Source: Candidatus Woykebacteria bacterium
Lineage (GTDB): Bacteria; Patescibacteriota; Microgenomatia; Woykebacterales; RBG-16-39-9b
Direction of reading: 5' to 3'
Length of the DNA: 64,000 bases
NCBI GenBank assembly: GCA_040876265.1
Contig: JBBDPN010000001.1
Coordinates: forward strand, 246,208-310,207
Positions 51,025-60,748 of the stretch are shown here, piece by piece (within the stretch, counting starts at the first letter, position 1; each line of letters opens with the position of its first letter). The translations under genes were made by a program, and so were the position numbers. The notes under the pieces were generated by a model. It searched no databases, was not told where the DNA came from, and worked only from the letters and a program-made list of their open reading frames with translations.

Positions 51025-53061
51025 ATGGAAATCGCTCCGGTTCAAAATCTCGTTATAGCCGCTGGTTTTGCTGCTTTGATTTACGCAGTTATCCTTACAA
51101 TTTTGGTGCTAAGAGAACCCTCTGGAGACAAAATAATGCAGGAAATTGCCCTTGCCATCCAGCAGGGGGCCGCTGCTTATTTGAACAAGCAATACACAAT
51201 TATCTCCTTGGTCGGAATTGTAATTTTCCTACTTCTTTGGTTCGTGTTGGGAAAACCACTCACAGCGGCCGGGTTTGCTACCGGAGCAATATCTAGTGCT
51301 CTTGCTGGCTACATTGGTATGAATGTAGCTGTTCGCGCTAACGTCCGAACTGCCCAGGCTGCAAAACGCGGCGTCGCAAAGGCACTTTCAGTGGCTTTTC
51401 GAGGAGGTGCTGTTACCGGTTTAGCAGTGGTGGGCCTAGCTCTACTTTCAGTTTCAATTTTTTATTTCCTCACTAAAGATCTTCAGGCTCTAGTCGGTTT
51501 AGGCTTTGGTGGTAGTTTGATTTCAGTCTTTGCCCGTCTGGGTGGGGGAATATATACCAAGGGAGCTGACGTAGGAGCTGATTTAGTTGGGAAGTTAGAG
51601 GCTGAAATTCCAGAGGATGATCCAAGAAATCCGGCTGTCATTGCCGATAATGTTGGTGACAACGTGGGCGATGACGCTGGTATGGCCGCCGATCTTTTCG
51701 AAACTTACGCCGTGACCGCGATAGCCGCTATGCTTTTGGGGTCTCTAGTTTACCCGGGAAGTGAAAACGTACTTATCTATCCGCTTGCTCTTGGCGCGGT
51801 CTCAGTTGTTGCTTCAATAATTGGAACCCTCTTTGTTCGAATGGTCGGGAACAGCATTATGGGAGCATTATACCTAGGACTCATTGTTTCGGGTATTTTG
51901 GCAGCTGTTGGCTTTTTCTTTGTAAGTGTACAACTACCCATTCTATTTACAAGCACTGACATCAGTTCAGGACTCCAAATCGTACACTCTGACGGACCAG
52001 ATCTAAGATTTTTCTTTGCCTCTTTAATTGGATTATTTGTAACACTTGGAATGGTAGTCATTACTGAAATTTACACCTCAAAGGGCTTTGGATCTGTAAA
52101 AAATATCGCTAAGGCTTCTGAAACGGGGCACGCCACTAACATTATCTCTGGATTGGCAATTTCAATGAAATCTACTCTTCTACCTATTCTCCTTATCTGT
52201 ACTGCTATTTTAATCTCCTTCAATTTGGCTGGACTCTACGGAATTGCCGTAGCTGCAATGAGCATGTTGTCGATGACTGGAATAATTGTGGCGATTGACG
52301 CTTTTGGCCCTATAACTGATAACGCTGGTGGAATTGCAGAAATGAGTGGTTTAGATGCAAATACCAGGAAAGTCACCGACGCCTTGGATTCGGTAGGTAA
52401 CACGACAAAAGCAGTTACCAAGTCTTACGCGATTGCATCGGCTGGGTTGGCAGCCTTGGTTTTATTTGCTTCCTACTCAGAGGAGTTGGCTGCCGCTGGA
52501 AAGAACTTAGCTTTCAAACTTGACGATCCAAGAGTAATTGTGGGTTTATTCATCGGTGCGGCCCTACCTTACATTTTTGGAGCCTTGGCTATGGAAGCAG
52601 TTGGTAAAGCAGCTGCTGCCGTAGTAGAAGAGGTGAGAAGGCAATTTAGACAAATAAAAGGGATAATGAGCGGCGAGTCAAAACCTGATTATGCGAAGGC
52701 GGTTGCTATCGTTACTGCTGCGGCTCAAAGGGAGATGATACTACCAGCTCTTATCCCAGTAATTTCCCCGATCGTAGTTGGCCTATGGCTCGGTCCAGAG
52801 GCGCTAGGTGGTTTACTGGTGGGAAGCATCGTCACTGGCCTTTTTGTGGCTATTTCCATGACCACCGGAGGTGCCGCCTGGGATAACGCTAAAAAGTATA
52901 TCGAGGAAGGAAATCTGGGAGGGAAAGGAAGCCCCGCCCACAAAGCGGCTGTAACTGGCGACACGGTTGGAGATCCCTATAAGGATACAGCAGGACCCGC
53001 AATTAATCCTATGATTAAGGTAATAAATATTGTTGCTCTTTTACTAGTACCTTTCCTTTAA
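51025..53061 (+). CDS. hppA: Membrane H+-translocating pyrophosphatase, K+-independent signature
   Basis: [31 protein letters not shown] (Lys), [11 protein letters not shown]. Confidence 0.95.
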   Translation: MEIAPVQNLVIAAGFAALIYAVILTILVLREPSGDKIMQEIALAIQQGAAAYLNKQYTIISLVGIVIFLLLWFVLGKPLTAAGFATGAISSALAGYIGMNVAVRANVRTAQAAKRGVAKALSVAFRGGAVTGLAVVGLALLSVSIFYFLTKDLQALVGLGFGGSLISVFARLGGGIYTKGADVGADLVGKLEAEIPEDDPRNPAVIADNVGDNVGDDAGMAADLFETYAVTAIAAMLLGSLVYPGSENVLIYPLALGAVSVVASIIGTLFVRMVGNSIMGALYLGLIVSGILAAVGFFFVSVQLPILFTSTDISSGLQIVHSDGPDLRFFFASLIGLFVTLGMVVITEIYTSKGFGSVKNIAKASETGHATNIISGLAISMKSTLLPILLICTAILISFNLAGLYGIAVAAMSMLSMTGIIVAIDAFGPITDNAGGIAEMSGLDANTRKVTDALDSVGNTTKAVTKSYAIASAGLAALVLFASYSEELAAAGKNLAFKLDDPRVIVGLFIGAALPYIFGALAMEAVGKAAAAVVEEVRRQFRQIKGIMSGESKPDYAKAVAIVTAAAQREMILPALIPVISPIVVGLWLGPEALGGLLVGSIVTGLFVAISMTTGGAAWDNAKKYIEEGNLGGKGSPAHKAAVTGDTVGDPYKDTAGPAINPMIKVINIVALLLVPFL

Positions 53062-53597
53062 CCACTTGACAGAAATTTCCTGTAAGCTTTCTCCAAAGCC
53101 TCTTGCTCACTAGTATTTCTCGTGTCCATTACCAAGTGAAAGTATTTGGGATTTTCGTAATTGTCGCTGCTGTAAAGTTTTTTAAATTTGTCCCTAAGTT
53201 GCTTTCTCCTCTCCTCAATTTCTTCTGGAGTTTCTTTGTGAGTGTGTTGCCTTTCTAAAATACGTTTAGTAGCGGTGTCCTTATCGCAAACCAGAAGAAT
53301 TCGAAATACACCCGGTAGATCTCTCCCAAACCAACCACCATAGTGGCTGTCAAATACGATATTTTTTTCTACTCTCATTTTTTCGTAGGATTCTTGATCT
53401 ACTTTTTTATCCAAGTCATCAGGTATCCCTGACTTATTCCAAAGCGGGATATTGTGTTTTCGGTGGTACTCTCTGAATATTTGGCCAGCGCTAACATGTC
53501 CCCAACCAAGCTTTTTTGCCAACCCTTCTGAAAGGGTGGTGGTACCGGTTCCTACGTCACCACAAACCACTATATTTTTGAATTCTCCGGTGCTCAT
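53058..53597 (-). CDS. Cytidylate kinase-like P-loop NMP kinase
   Basis: GDVGTGTTT (Walker A Lys replaced by Thr), SAGQIFR, Y..VMDT. Confidence 0.75.
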   Translation of the reverse strand: MSTGEFKNIVVCGDVGTGTTTLSEGLAKKLGWGHVSAGQIFREYHRKHNIPLWNKSGIPDDLDKKVDQESYEKMRVEKNIVFDSHYGGWFGRDLPGVFRILLVCDKDTATKRILERQHTHKETPEEIEERRKQLRDKFKKLYSSDNYENPKYFHLVMDTRNTSEQEALEKAYRKFLSSG

Positions 53598-53797
53598 CTT
53601 TTGAAAATAAAATCCAGTAAAAATGTCAGGATGATCGAGATTATAATTGAGCTAGTAAACGGAAAGGCAAAAATAAAGCCGGGTTTATGAATTATTATAT
53701 CACCAGGTAGCTTTGGCCACTTCAAACCCAAAGCTATAGCGGTACCCAGAAGGCTGAACATTATAACTGCTGTAAGAGAAAGTCTTCCCAGGTCCAT
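53594..53797 (-). CDS. DUF2905-family small membrane protein
   Basis: KLPGDIII....F.FPFTSSIIISIILT. Confidence 0.85.
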   Translation of the reverse strand: MDLGRLSLTAVIMFSLLGTAIALGLKWPKLPGDIIIHKPGFIFAFPFTSSIIISIILTFLLDFIFKR

Positions 53798-53864
53798 ATA
53801 AAAATTATACCTCATGGAATTAACATGATGGAGATAGTAGTTGGCCCACGGCAGAAAGAGCCAA

Positions 53865-54518
53865 CTACCAAAGGTCAGTCCTCTCCTCTTCTCTCCTGGC
53901 CATACGTTTGACGTTGTCTTTGTGCATGATCACTATGTAAGCGCTTGCCAAGAGTGCAGCCAGACCATACCACCAAGAAATTTTCCGGCGGGCAGCCAAG
54001 CGTACCGCGTAGTAGCCGCCGACAATGGATCCAGTGATAGAACCCAGGGACACAATCCGGCTCGAGGCGATTACACCGGTAAACACTCCGACTGCCAGCT
54101 GGATGATATCCCAGAGTCTTCTTTCCCGGTGGGCGGCTGCGAAGAACGTCCCCGCCGTGGTCGAGACTGCTTTCCCACCTTGGAACTTCAGGAAAATCGG
54201 TTTTGTATGTCCAAGGGTTGCGGCGCCTCCAACAAGAAGATGCAACCGGTGATCATTAGGACGAAGCTTTATGGCTACTCGGACCGGTATGTATGCTTTG
54301 GCAACGTCGCAACCGGCCGCAACGATAGCCCAGAAAAGGGCCCGACGAGTACCTAACTTGTACCGTAGCACCCGGAATACGTTTGTACCACCGGTTGCGC
54401 CACTTCCATTCTCTCGAAGATCAGTGCTAGTTAGGATCTTGGTTATGATCCACCCAAAGGGGATGGAACCAAGAAGATATGCACTGGCCAGAAGCATAAT
54501 TCGACCCACTCGAACCAC
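53865..54518 (-). CDS. plsY: Glycerol-3-phosphate acyltransferase
   Basis: YLLGSIPFG, GSGATGGTNVFR, D.AK, GH..PIFLKFQGGKAV, H.DN..R. Confidence 0.93.
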   Translation of the reverse strand: MVRVGRIMLLASAYLLGSIPFGWIITKILTSTDLRENGSGATGGTNVFRVLRYKLGTRRALFWAIVAAGCDVAKAYIPVRVAIKLRPNDHRLHLLVGGAATLGHTKPIFLKFQGGKAVSTTAGTFFAAAHRERRLWDIIQLAVGVFTGVIASSRIVSLGSITGSIVGGYYAVRLAARRKISWWYGLAALLASAYIVIMHKDNVKRMARREEERTDLW

Positions 54519-54558
54519 TCCCCTTTCCGTTGAGATTTGCGGTATTGTATGCTAAAAT

Positions 54559-54608
54559 AGGTTGCTTTGCAACCTGCGTTAAGAAACAAACCTAAGGTTG
54601 CTTTGCAA
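54559..54608. repeat. Two direct copies of a palindromic AGGTTGCTTTGCAA(CCT) element
   Basis: 54559-54575 and 54595-54608, 36-bp period. Confidence 0.75.
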
Positions 54609-54654
54609 TTTGAATCTTCGTATCTTTAGAACTTTGAATTTTGAACTTAAACTC

Positions 54655-54731
54655 GGCCCCGTCGTCTAGTGGCCTAGGATACCTGGTTTTCATCCAGGAG
54701 ATCGCGGGTTCGAATCCCGCCGGGGTCACCA
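54655..54731 (+). tRNA. tRNA-Glu(TTC)
   Basis: Anticodon loop TTTTCAT, GGTTCGAATCC, CCA. Confidence 0.95.
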
Positions 54732-54913
54732 ATACGAACACCTTGAGGTGTTCGGGGTGCTTAAATTAGCCTCAACGGTCTTGCAGTATCTCACTTTTCT
54801 AATCCCAATGTTCGAACCAAAATCGGCCACTTTGCTTCCTTTCCAGCTTCAAATCTGCTAAAATGGACAGGCTTTATCTTGCCTGAACGACATAAAATTT
54901 CTTACTAGTTAAT

Positions 54914-57900
54914 ATGAAAGAGTTCTTAGAGAACTATATAAAATCAATTTCAACTAAATTTTCCCACGAGGAAACCAGTGAAATGGGTTACCGTTCAGAC
55001 TTTGAGACCCTACTCAAAAAGATATTTGAATCTATTAATGTTAAGCGGATAGATCACGACGCACGGGCCAGGGAAGGCAATAAACCTGATTTTATTGTTA
55101 TCAAGGGAGAGGTGCCTATCTTATATATTGAAGCAAAAAATATCGGTACTTCTCTAGACCAAGTGGAAAAATCAGAGCAGATGGCCCGATACTTTGGTTA
55201 TGCCAATCTGGTGCTTACGGATTATGTGGAGTTTCGCTTTTATAGAAACGGTATCCGCTATGGCGAACCGGTAAAAATTGCTAATTACGATGTAAAAGGC
55301 AGAACAATTATCCCTTTACCAAAAAATTACGAATATCTTGCTAGGACACTACTAGATTTTACTCAAACACATAAGGAGCCTATAAAATCCGGTGAACATC
55401 TTTCCAAAATAATGGGTGGTAAAGCGCAAAGAATCCGCGATAATGTCCGCCAGTTCTTAGCGACAGAATCGGATAAAAACGCGGAACTTACTCGAGTTTA
55501 CGAAACTATCAAAAAGCTTCTTGTGCATGATCTAACCAAAGAATCGTTTGCCGATATGTACGCTCAAACCCTCGTTTATGGACTTTTTGCCGCCCGCTAT
55601 CACGATAAAGAGCCGGAGACTTTTTCTCGCCAGGAAGCGCGAGATCTCATTCCAAATTCTAACCCACTTCTTAGACATTTCTTTGATCACATAGTAGGTC
55701 CCAACTTTGATAAACGACTCGAACACATCGTTAACGAACTTTGCGAAGTCTTTTCCCACGCTGATGTAAACCAGCTAATGCAGGAATACTTTAAAAATGG
55801 GTCTAAAGAAAAAACCCAAAAAGGCGTAGACCCTGTTATTCACTTTTACGAAGATTTCCTAAAAGAATATAATCCTGCACTACGGAAAAGAATGGGAGCC
55901 TACTATACACCGCTTCCGGTGGTACAGTTTATAGTACGCTCTGTTGATTATTTACTTAAAAAAGAGTTTGATTTGCCTGGTGGTCTTGCTGACACCTCAA
56001 AGACAACCGATGGTCTCCATAAAGTTCAGATACTTGATCCAGCATGTGGCACCGGCACCTTTATCAGCGCAGTCATCGGCACAATTTACGCGGAGCTAAT
56101 AAAGAATGGGCAAAAAGGTCGTTGGCCGGCTTATGTCCATCATGATTTATTACCTCGTATATACGGGTTTGAGCTAATGATGGCTCCCTATACGATAGCC
56201 CATCTAAAGCTTGGAATAGCTTTCAGACAAACAAAGTTCTGGGACTTCCACCGGCGTCTTGGGATTTATCTTACAAATTCCCTTGAAGAAACTCCAATCC
56301 AAGAAGATTTATTTACGGCCTTTGGTTTTGCTGAAAGTATTGCTGAGGAGTCGAGAGAAGCTTCAATCATAAAGAACGAAACTCCAATTATGGTAGTTAT
56401 CGGCAATCCTCCATATGCTGGTATAAGTAGCAACGAAACCCCATACGCTAATAGTTTGGTTGAGCGTTACAAGGTTGAACCCGGTGGTCAGCAGAAGTTG
56501 CAAGAGCGTAAGCACTGGCTTAATGATGATTATGTGAAATTTATTGGTATGGCCGAGAGCATGATCGAAAAGACTGGTATTGGTATCGTTGCAATGATTA
56601 CCAACAACGGTTATTTAGATAACCCAACTTTTAGAGGAATGCGTTGGCATATTGCAAAAACATTTGACAAGGTTTTTTTACTGGATTTACATGGTAATTC
56701 AAAGAAAAAGGAAACTGCTCCTGATGGTACTAAGGACGAAAATGTTTTCGATATTATGCAGGGGGTTGGTATTATGCTAGCGGTCAAGATGAGTAGAAAA
56801 AGTCCTGATAAATTAGGAGAAATCTATCATGCTGAACTCTATGGAACACGACAACATAAATTTAAGGAGCTGTCAAAATCGCCGAATTGGGAAAAAATTA
56901 CCCTCGATTCCAAAATGGCCTATTTCGTACCAAAGAATACCAAGGGACAAGGTGAATACGAAAAAGGCATTAGACTTGAAGAATTGTTTTCTGTTAATAG
57001 TGTCGGGATAGTCACAGGTAAGGACAAGATAAACATCGGCTTTAGCAAGAATGAAATTATTGAACGCTTTAGGTTCATTTCAGAAAACGGCGAACAATCA
57101 ATAAGGGATAGATTTCACTTGTCGAGCAAGGACGCTCGGGATTGGACAGTATCTACTGCAAAAAGAGATGCAGAGAATAATTTTTCGGAGAATAAAGTAG
57201 TTAAGTGTTCATACAGACCTTTCGATGACAGATACACCTTTTATTCTGGAAATTCGCGAGGGGTATATGCAAGCCCACAAAGAACGGTAATGCGACATTA
57301 TTTACTAGGCGAAAACTACGGCCTCTTGTTCAGTAGAATGACAAAAGGAAAACCTTTTGCTCACGCATTTATCACTAGTCATATCTCAGAGGTGATTTTT
57401 CTATCCCCACTAACTGGAACCAATGCTTTTAATGCCCCTCTCTATATCTATTCTGAGGATGGTTTACGAACAACTAATCTAAAAAAGGAAGTTGTTTTGG
57501 AGATTGAAAAGATTGTTGGAAAATCTTCCCCGGAGGATATTTTTGACTATGTTTATGCTGTTCTTTACTTACCTAATTATCGTGAGAAGTACCAAGAATT
57601 TCTGAAAATTGATTTTCCGAGAGTTCCGTATCCAAAAGATAAAAAACAATTTCAATCGCTAATTAAACTTGGAAGAGAATTAAGAGCGTTGCATTTACTT
57701 GAATCACCAAAGTTGAATAAATTTATCACCACTTACCCTGAAAGTGGCGATGATGTCGTAGAAAAAGTTGAGTACAAGGATGGTAATGTATTTATCAATG
57801 CAAAACAGTATTTTGGGAAGGTACCGGAGGTAGCTTGGAACTTTTGGATCGGTGGTTATCAGCCAGCCCAAAAATGGCTAAAGGATCGCAAAGGTAGAAC

Positions 57901-57997
57901 CCTCACCAATGAAGATATAGAACATTATCAGAAGATAATAGTTGCACTAACGGAAACAGGTAAGATAATGGGGGAGATAGATAAAGTAGTTCAGTAA
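54914..57997 (+). CDS. Single-chain restriction-modification enzyme (Type IIG-like: nuclease, N6-adenine MTase, ISP-type C-terminal specificity region)
   Basis: KPDF...IEAK nuclease; ILDPACGTGTF motif I; GNPPY motif IV; C-terminal WNFWIGGYQPAQKWLKDRKGR. Confidence 0.88.
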   Translation: MKEFLENYIKSISTKFSHEETSEMGYRSDFETLLKKIFESINVKRIDHDARAREGNKPDFIVIKGEVPILYIEAKNIGTSLDQVEKSEQMARYFGYANLVLTDYVEFRFYRNGIRYGEPVKIANYDVKGRTIIPLPKNYEYLARTLLDFTQTHKEPIKSGEHLSKIMGGKAQRIRDNVRQFLATESDKNAELTRVYETIKKLLVHDLTKESFADMYAQTLVYGLFAARYHDKEPETFSRQEARDLIPNSNPLLRHFFDHIVGPNFDKRLEHIVNELCEVFSHADVNQLMQEYFKNGSKEKTQKGVDPVIHFYEDFLKEYNPALRKRMGAYYTPLPVVQFIVRSVDYLLKKEFDLPGGLADTSKTTDGLHKVQILDPACGTGTFISAVIGTIYAELIKNGQKGRWPAYVHHDLLPRIYGFELMMAPYTIAHLKLGIAFRQTKFWDFHRRLGIYLTNSLEETPIQEDLFTAFGFAESIAEESREASIIKNETPIMVVIGNPPYAGISSNETPYANSLVERYKVEPGGQQKLQERKHWLNDDYVKFIGMAESMIEKTGIGIVAMITNNGYLDNPTFRGMRWHIAKTFDKVFLLDLHGNSKKKETAPDGTKDENVFDIMQGVGIMLAVKMSRKSPDKLGEIYHAELYGTRQHKFKELSKSPNWEKITLDSKMAYFVPKNTKGQGEYEKGIRLEELFSVNSVGIVTGKDKINIGFSKNEIIERFRFISENGEQSIRDRFHLSSKDARDWTVSTAKRDAENNFSENKVVKCSYRPFDDRYTFYSGNSRGVYASPQRTVMRHYLLGENYGLLFSRMTKGKPFAHAFITSHISEVIFLSPLTGTNAFNAPLYIYSEDGLRTTNLKKEVVLEIEKIVGKSSPEDIFDYVYAVLYLPNYREKYQEFLKIDFPRVPYPKDKKQFQSLIKLGRELRALHLLESPKLNKFITTYPESGDDVVEKVEYKDGNVFINAKQYFGKVPEVAWNFWIGGYQPAQKWLKDRKGRTLTNEDIEHYQKIIVALTETGKIMGEIDKVVQ

Positions 57998-58019
57998 GAA
58001 AAGTGGTTCCGAAGTAAAT

Positions 58020-59297
58020 TTAGTTTATGGTTGCGGTTTCTCTATCTATCGGTATTTCAGGTTTGCTTTCTTCAACTATCTTAGTTTTTACCCGTGCCTT
58101 TTCATCTTTAGAAATTTCATCTGCCATATCATCAACTATCGAAAAGACTTCCAGCTTTAAATCTTCAAGATTACCTTTTGTTTTTTCTATCCCAGTACCA
58201 ATACTAGATAGAGAACTTTTTATAGATGAAATCGAGTTTATCTTACTTCTTATTTGTCCTAGATAACCTTCCAATTTAACTAGATTAACCTTTTTATCTT
58301 CGGTTTTTATTTCGTTGAGCGCTTCCAACCTAGCAAACTTATAGGCAACCTCTAGGGCGGTGGAATCCTTGGTTTCTTTATCAAAAACGCATAATATTCT
58401 TCCACCTGGATAGGCTCTAAAGTTTCCACTCTCTCCAGGAGCGTTTTCTAATTTACTAAAGACTCCTATCGCGACTTGAGCATCCCTATTTTGTTTAGCT
58501 TCATCTAGTTCTTTCAAAATTGAAGGAAGGGTTTTCTGTTGATCCTTCGCTTCCAGTACAATACTCAAACTGTTTCCACCTGAATGGTGCGGATTTATCT
58601 TCGACAGCACATCACCCGTCTTAGAATTAAGAATTTTTCCATTTATGTTACTAGTATCAATGACATTATCATCTAAAATTTTTGCTATATTGTTGATAAT
58701 CTGTAACACTAAGTCTTGATAAACAACACCCTTAGCCGTTCCTTTTTCTTCAACCTCTGCCACAGCCTCTTTAATTTTGAGAGCTTTTTCGATATTGTCT
58801 ATTTTATCCGTCAATTCTTTTTTTAATCTAAATATTGGACTACCTGGATCTGAACTATCTAGTAGTTTATATATTACAGATCCGTCACCTTCAAAGTGCC
58901 TTTTGAAAATATCGGAAAGCTTACCTAGGGCGCTGTTCCTTTGGTTCTCATCAAAAAGATCCTGTAGCTTACCACCTTCGCCAAGATACTCTTTTAAAAC
59001 AAGAGGCATAACACCGTTTTCGCTAAAAATTTTATCTAGTCTATTGTCTATTTCTGTGGTGGTATCCTCTAAAAGTTTTTCAACGTGATTTTTTACCTTG
59101 CTAAATTCTTTTTCTACATAATCTACATTTTCAGTTACGCCCACATTTTTCATAGCAATCAAACCCACCTTTAGGGCCTTCCTTACTGTTTCTGCCTTTT
59201 CCTTTTCGGCTAAACCTTCAACTATTGAGGCTACTTCAGCATCCTCAATAATCAAATCTGAAATATATACCTGATTTTTCTCGACTTTTAATTTCAT
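58020..59297 (-). CDS. Coiled-coil protein with central PD-(D/E)xK nuclease-like domain (RmuC/DUF2130-like)
   Basis: Heptad-rich flanks; KG..YQ, GD...IVLEAKD motif; promoter TTGAAC-17-TATAAT before ATG 59297. Confidence 0.65.
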   Translation of the reverse strand: MKLKVEKNQVYISDLIIEDAEVASIVEGLAEKEKAETVRKALKVGLIAMKNVGVTENVDYVEKEFSKVKNHVEKLLEDTTTEIDNRLDKIFSENGVMPLVLKEYLGEGGKLQDLFDENQRNSALGKLSDIFKRHFEGDGSVIYKLLDSSDPGSPIFRLKKELTDKIDNIEKALKIKEAVAEVEEKGTAKGVVYQDLVLQIINNIAKILDDNVIDTSNINGKILNSKTGDVLSKINPHHSGGNSLSIVLEAKDQQKTLPSILKELDEAKQNRDAQVAIGVFSKLENAPGESGNFRAYPGGRILCVFDKETKDSTALEVAYKFARLEALNEIKTEDKKVNLVKLEGYLGQIRSKINSISSIKSSLSSIGTGIEKTKGNLEDLKLEVFSIVDDMADEISKDEKARVKTKIVEESKPEIPIDRETATIN

Positions 59298-59453
59298 AAG
59301 GTGTTTATTATAAGACACTTAAGCCAGGCGTTCAATAGCCAGCACAGTAACACTTCACAATCTTGACAGTCTCTTTTAGACTTTCCATTAATGCGCTATC
59401 TCAATGACGAGCCAATAATGAATGGTGAAAAAGGGCCAATTTATTAGTCTGGG

Positions 59454-59609
59454 CTAGTCTTTCCAGACATATTTGTATCCTATTGGCGCAATCGGTTTTA
59501 TAGGCCGAATTGGTTTAATCGGTTTGATTGGTTTGATTGGCTGGATTGGCCTAATCGGCTTTATAGTCTTTATTTTGAATTTATTATCCCTTACCAGTTT
59601 CCACGGCAT
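59454..59609 (-). CDS. 51-aa cationic Pro/Ile tripeptide-repeat protein (absent from ORF track)
   Basis: MPWKLVRDNKFKIKTIKPIRPIQPIKPIKPIKPIRPIKPIAPIGYKYVWKD; SD GGGGGTG; synonymous codon variation across repeats. Confidence 0.75.
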   Translation of the reverse strand: MPWKLVRDNKFKIKTIKPIRPIQPIKPIKPIKPIRPIKPIAPIGYKYVWKD

Positions 59610-59636
59610 AACTTATTCACCCCCAACCCAAATTCG

Positions 59637-59930
59637 TTAGATGGGACATTCGTCCAAAGCAAGTAAATTGTTTGGATAATCTCCATCAGCGGTTGTTTTA
59701 ATGTATTTATTCCCTTTAGCACTAATAGCAACGATGACTTTCACAGGGTCGTTGTTAACATCAACGTAAAAATCATACTTACCGTTTTCTATGTAGTTTA
59801 TTGCTTCCTGTTGGGTAATCTTCCATCGACTACCGTCTGGATTTACACCTCCAACATGGGTAATTGCCTCGTATGGGCTGTTTCTATTGTCTTTGTGGAT
59901 ACAAGATATTCTTACTGACATCTGATACAC
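59637..59930 (-). CDS. DUF3892-like protein (start GTG 59930 or ATG 59921)
   Basis: ISCIHK...EAITHVGG....W......AI..IE.G...FYV, YIKT.AD....NNLL.L.EC. Confidence 0.8.
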   Translation of the reverse strand: MYQMSVRISCIHKDNRNSPYEAITHVGGVNPDGSRWKITQQEAINYIENGKYDFYVDVNNDPVKVIVAISAKGNKYIKTTADGDYPNNLLALDECPI

Positions 59931-59937
59931 TTCCTTA

Positions 59938-60564
59938 TCAATCTAAATTTGGAATAGTTGTAACGACTACCCCCTGAATTCTAAAGTTGCCTTCTAAAAT
60001 TATTGGCTTGTGAGATTTGTTTGACGATCTGGGTTTCAAAACCACCACATTTCCAGTACGTTGAAATTCCTTGATTGTTGCATCATCATCAATAAGGGCT
60101 ACAACTTTATCCCCGTCTTTTGCTACAGCTTGCTGTCGGATTAGTACCAGGTCGCCATCTTTAATTCCAACCTCATCCATGGAATCACCACTTACCTTTA
60201 GCAAGAAGTACTTAGATCCAGGTTCTGCTATGGTCGTGGAAACAGGTAAATACCCTTCAACGTTTTCCTCTGCAAATAGTGGATTACCACATGAAACCAT
60301 ACCAACTATCGGTACATCAATTGTTTGATATATGTGCTGTCCCAGATCCGGGTTTAAAACTAGTTTGTAATGCCCGTCTTCAAATTTTTTGATGATGCCT
60401 TTTTGTTGCAGGGTAAAGAGTATCTCCTGAACAGATTTTATTGATTTCGACTCCAAAAGCCCCATCAGCTCCCTTATTGAGGGGCTTCTTCCCTTATGAA
60501 CTGTGTGGTTTCTAATATGTTTTATTGCCTCTATTTGTTTCGGCGTGAACTCATCGGGGTTCAT
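59938..60564 (-). CDS. lexA: Second LexA-family repressor/autoprotease
   Basis: w[11 protein letters not shown]...S..SV, VSCG cleavage site, GDSM Ser, ATIK Lys. Confidence 0.88.
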   Translation of the reverse strand: MNPDEFTPKQIEAIKHIRNHTVHKGRSPSIRELMGLLESKSIKSVQEILFTLQQKGIIKKFEDGHYKLVLNPDLGQHIYQTIDVPIVGMVSCGNPLFAEENVEGYLPVSTTIAEPGSKYFLLKVSGDSMDEVGIKDGDLVLIRQQAVAKDGDKVVALIDDDATIKEFQRTGNVVVLKPRSSNKSHKPIILEGNFRIQGVVVTTIPNLD

Positions 60565-60566
60565 AT

Positions 60567-60582
60567 TGGTACGATTGTACCA
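60567..60582 (-). promoter_or_regulatory. Candidate LexA2 operator overlapping the -10 box
   Basis: Palindrome TGGTAC-N4-GTACCA containing TG-N-TACAAT, 2 nt from the ATG. Confidence 0.7.
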
Positions 60583-60632
60583 TAGAAGTCAAATTTTGGG
60601 AAGTAGCATTTTTTATACTGTCTCATTTGTCT

Positions 60633-60674
60633 CACTTCGGTATCCTCAGTGTAAACACTTCGACTTCACTCAGT
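60633..60674. repeat. Tandem REP-like ACTTCG-N5/6-CTCAGT hairpins
   Basis: Two adjacent copies; a related copy at 13334-13359. Confidence 0.55.
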
Positions 60675-60748
60675 ACAAGCATTTAGCCTTGACAATGAGA
60701 CACTATTCCTGCGACTATAGATGCGGAAGGGTTCAACACCCATATGCT

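Noticed and set aside
50851-51045. 64-aa N-terminal extension of MetK in the ORF track
   Set aside because: The region is riboswitch and promoter; the conserved MetK start FTSES follows ATG 50850.
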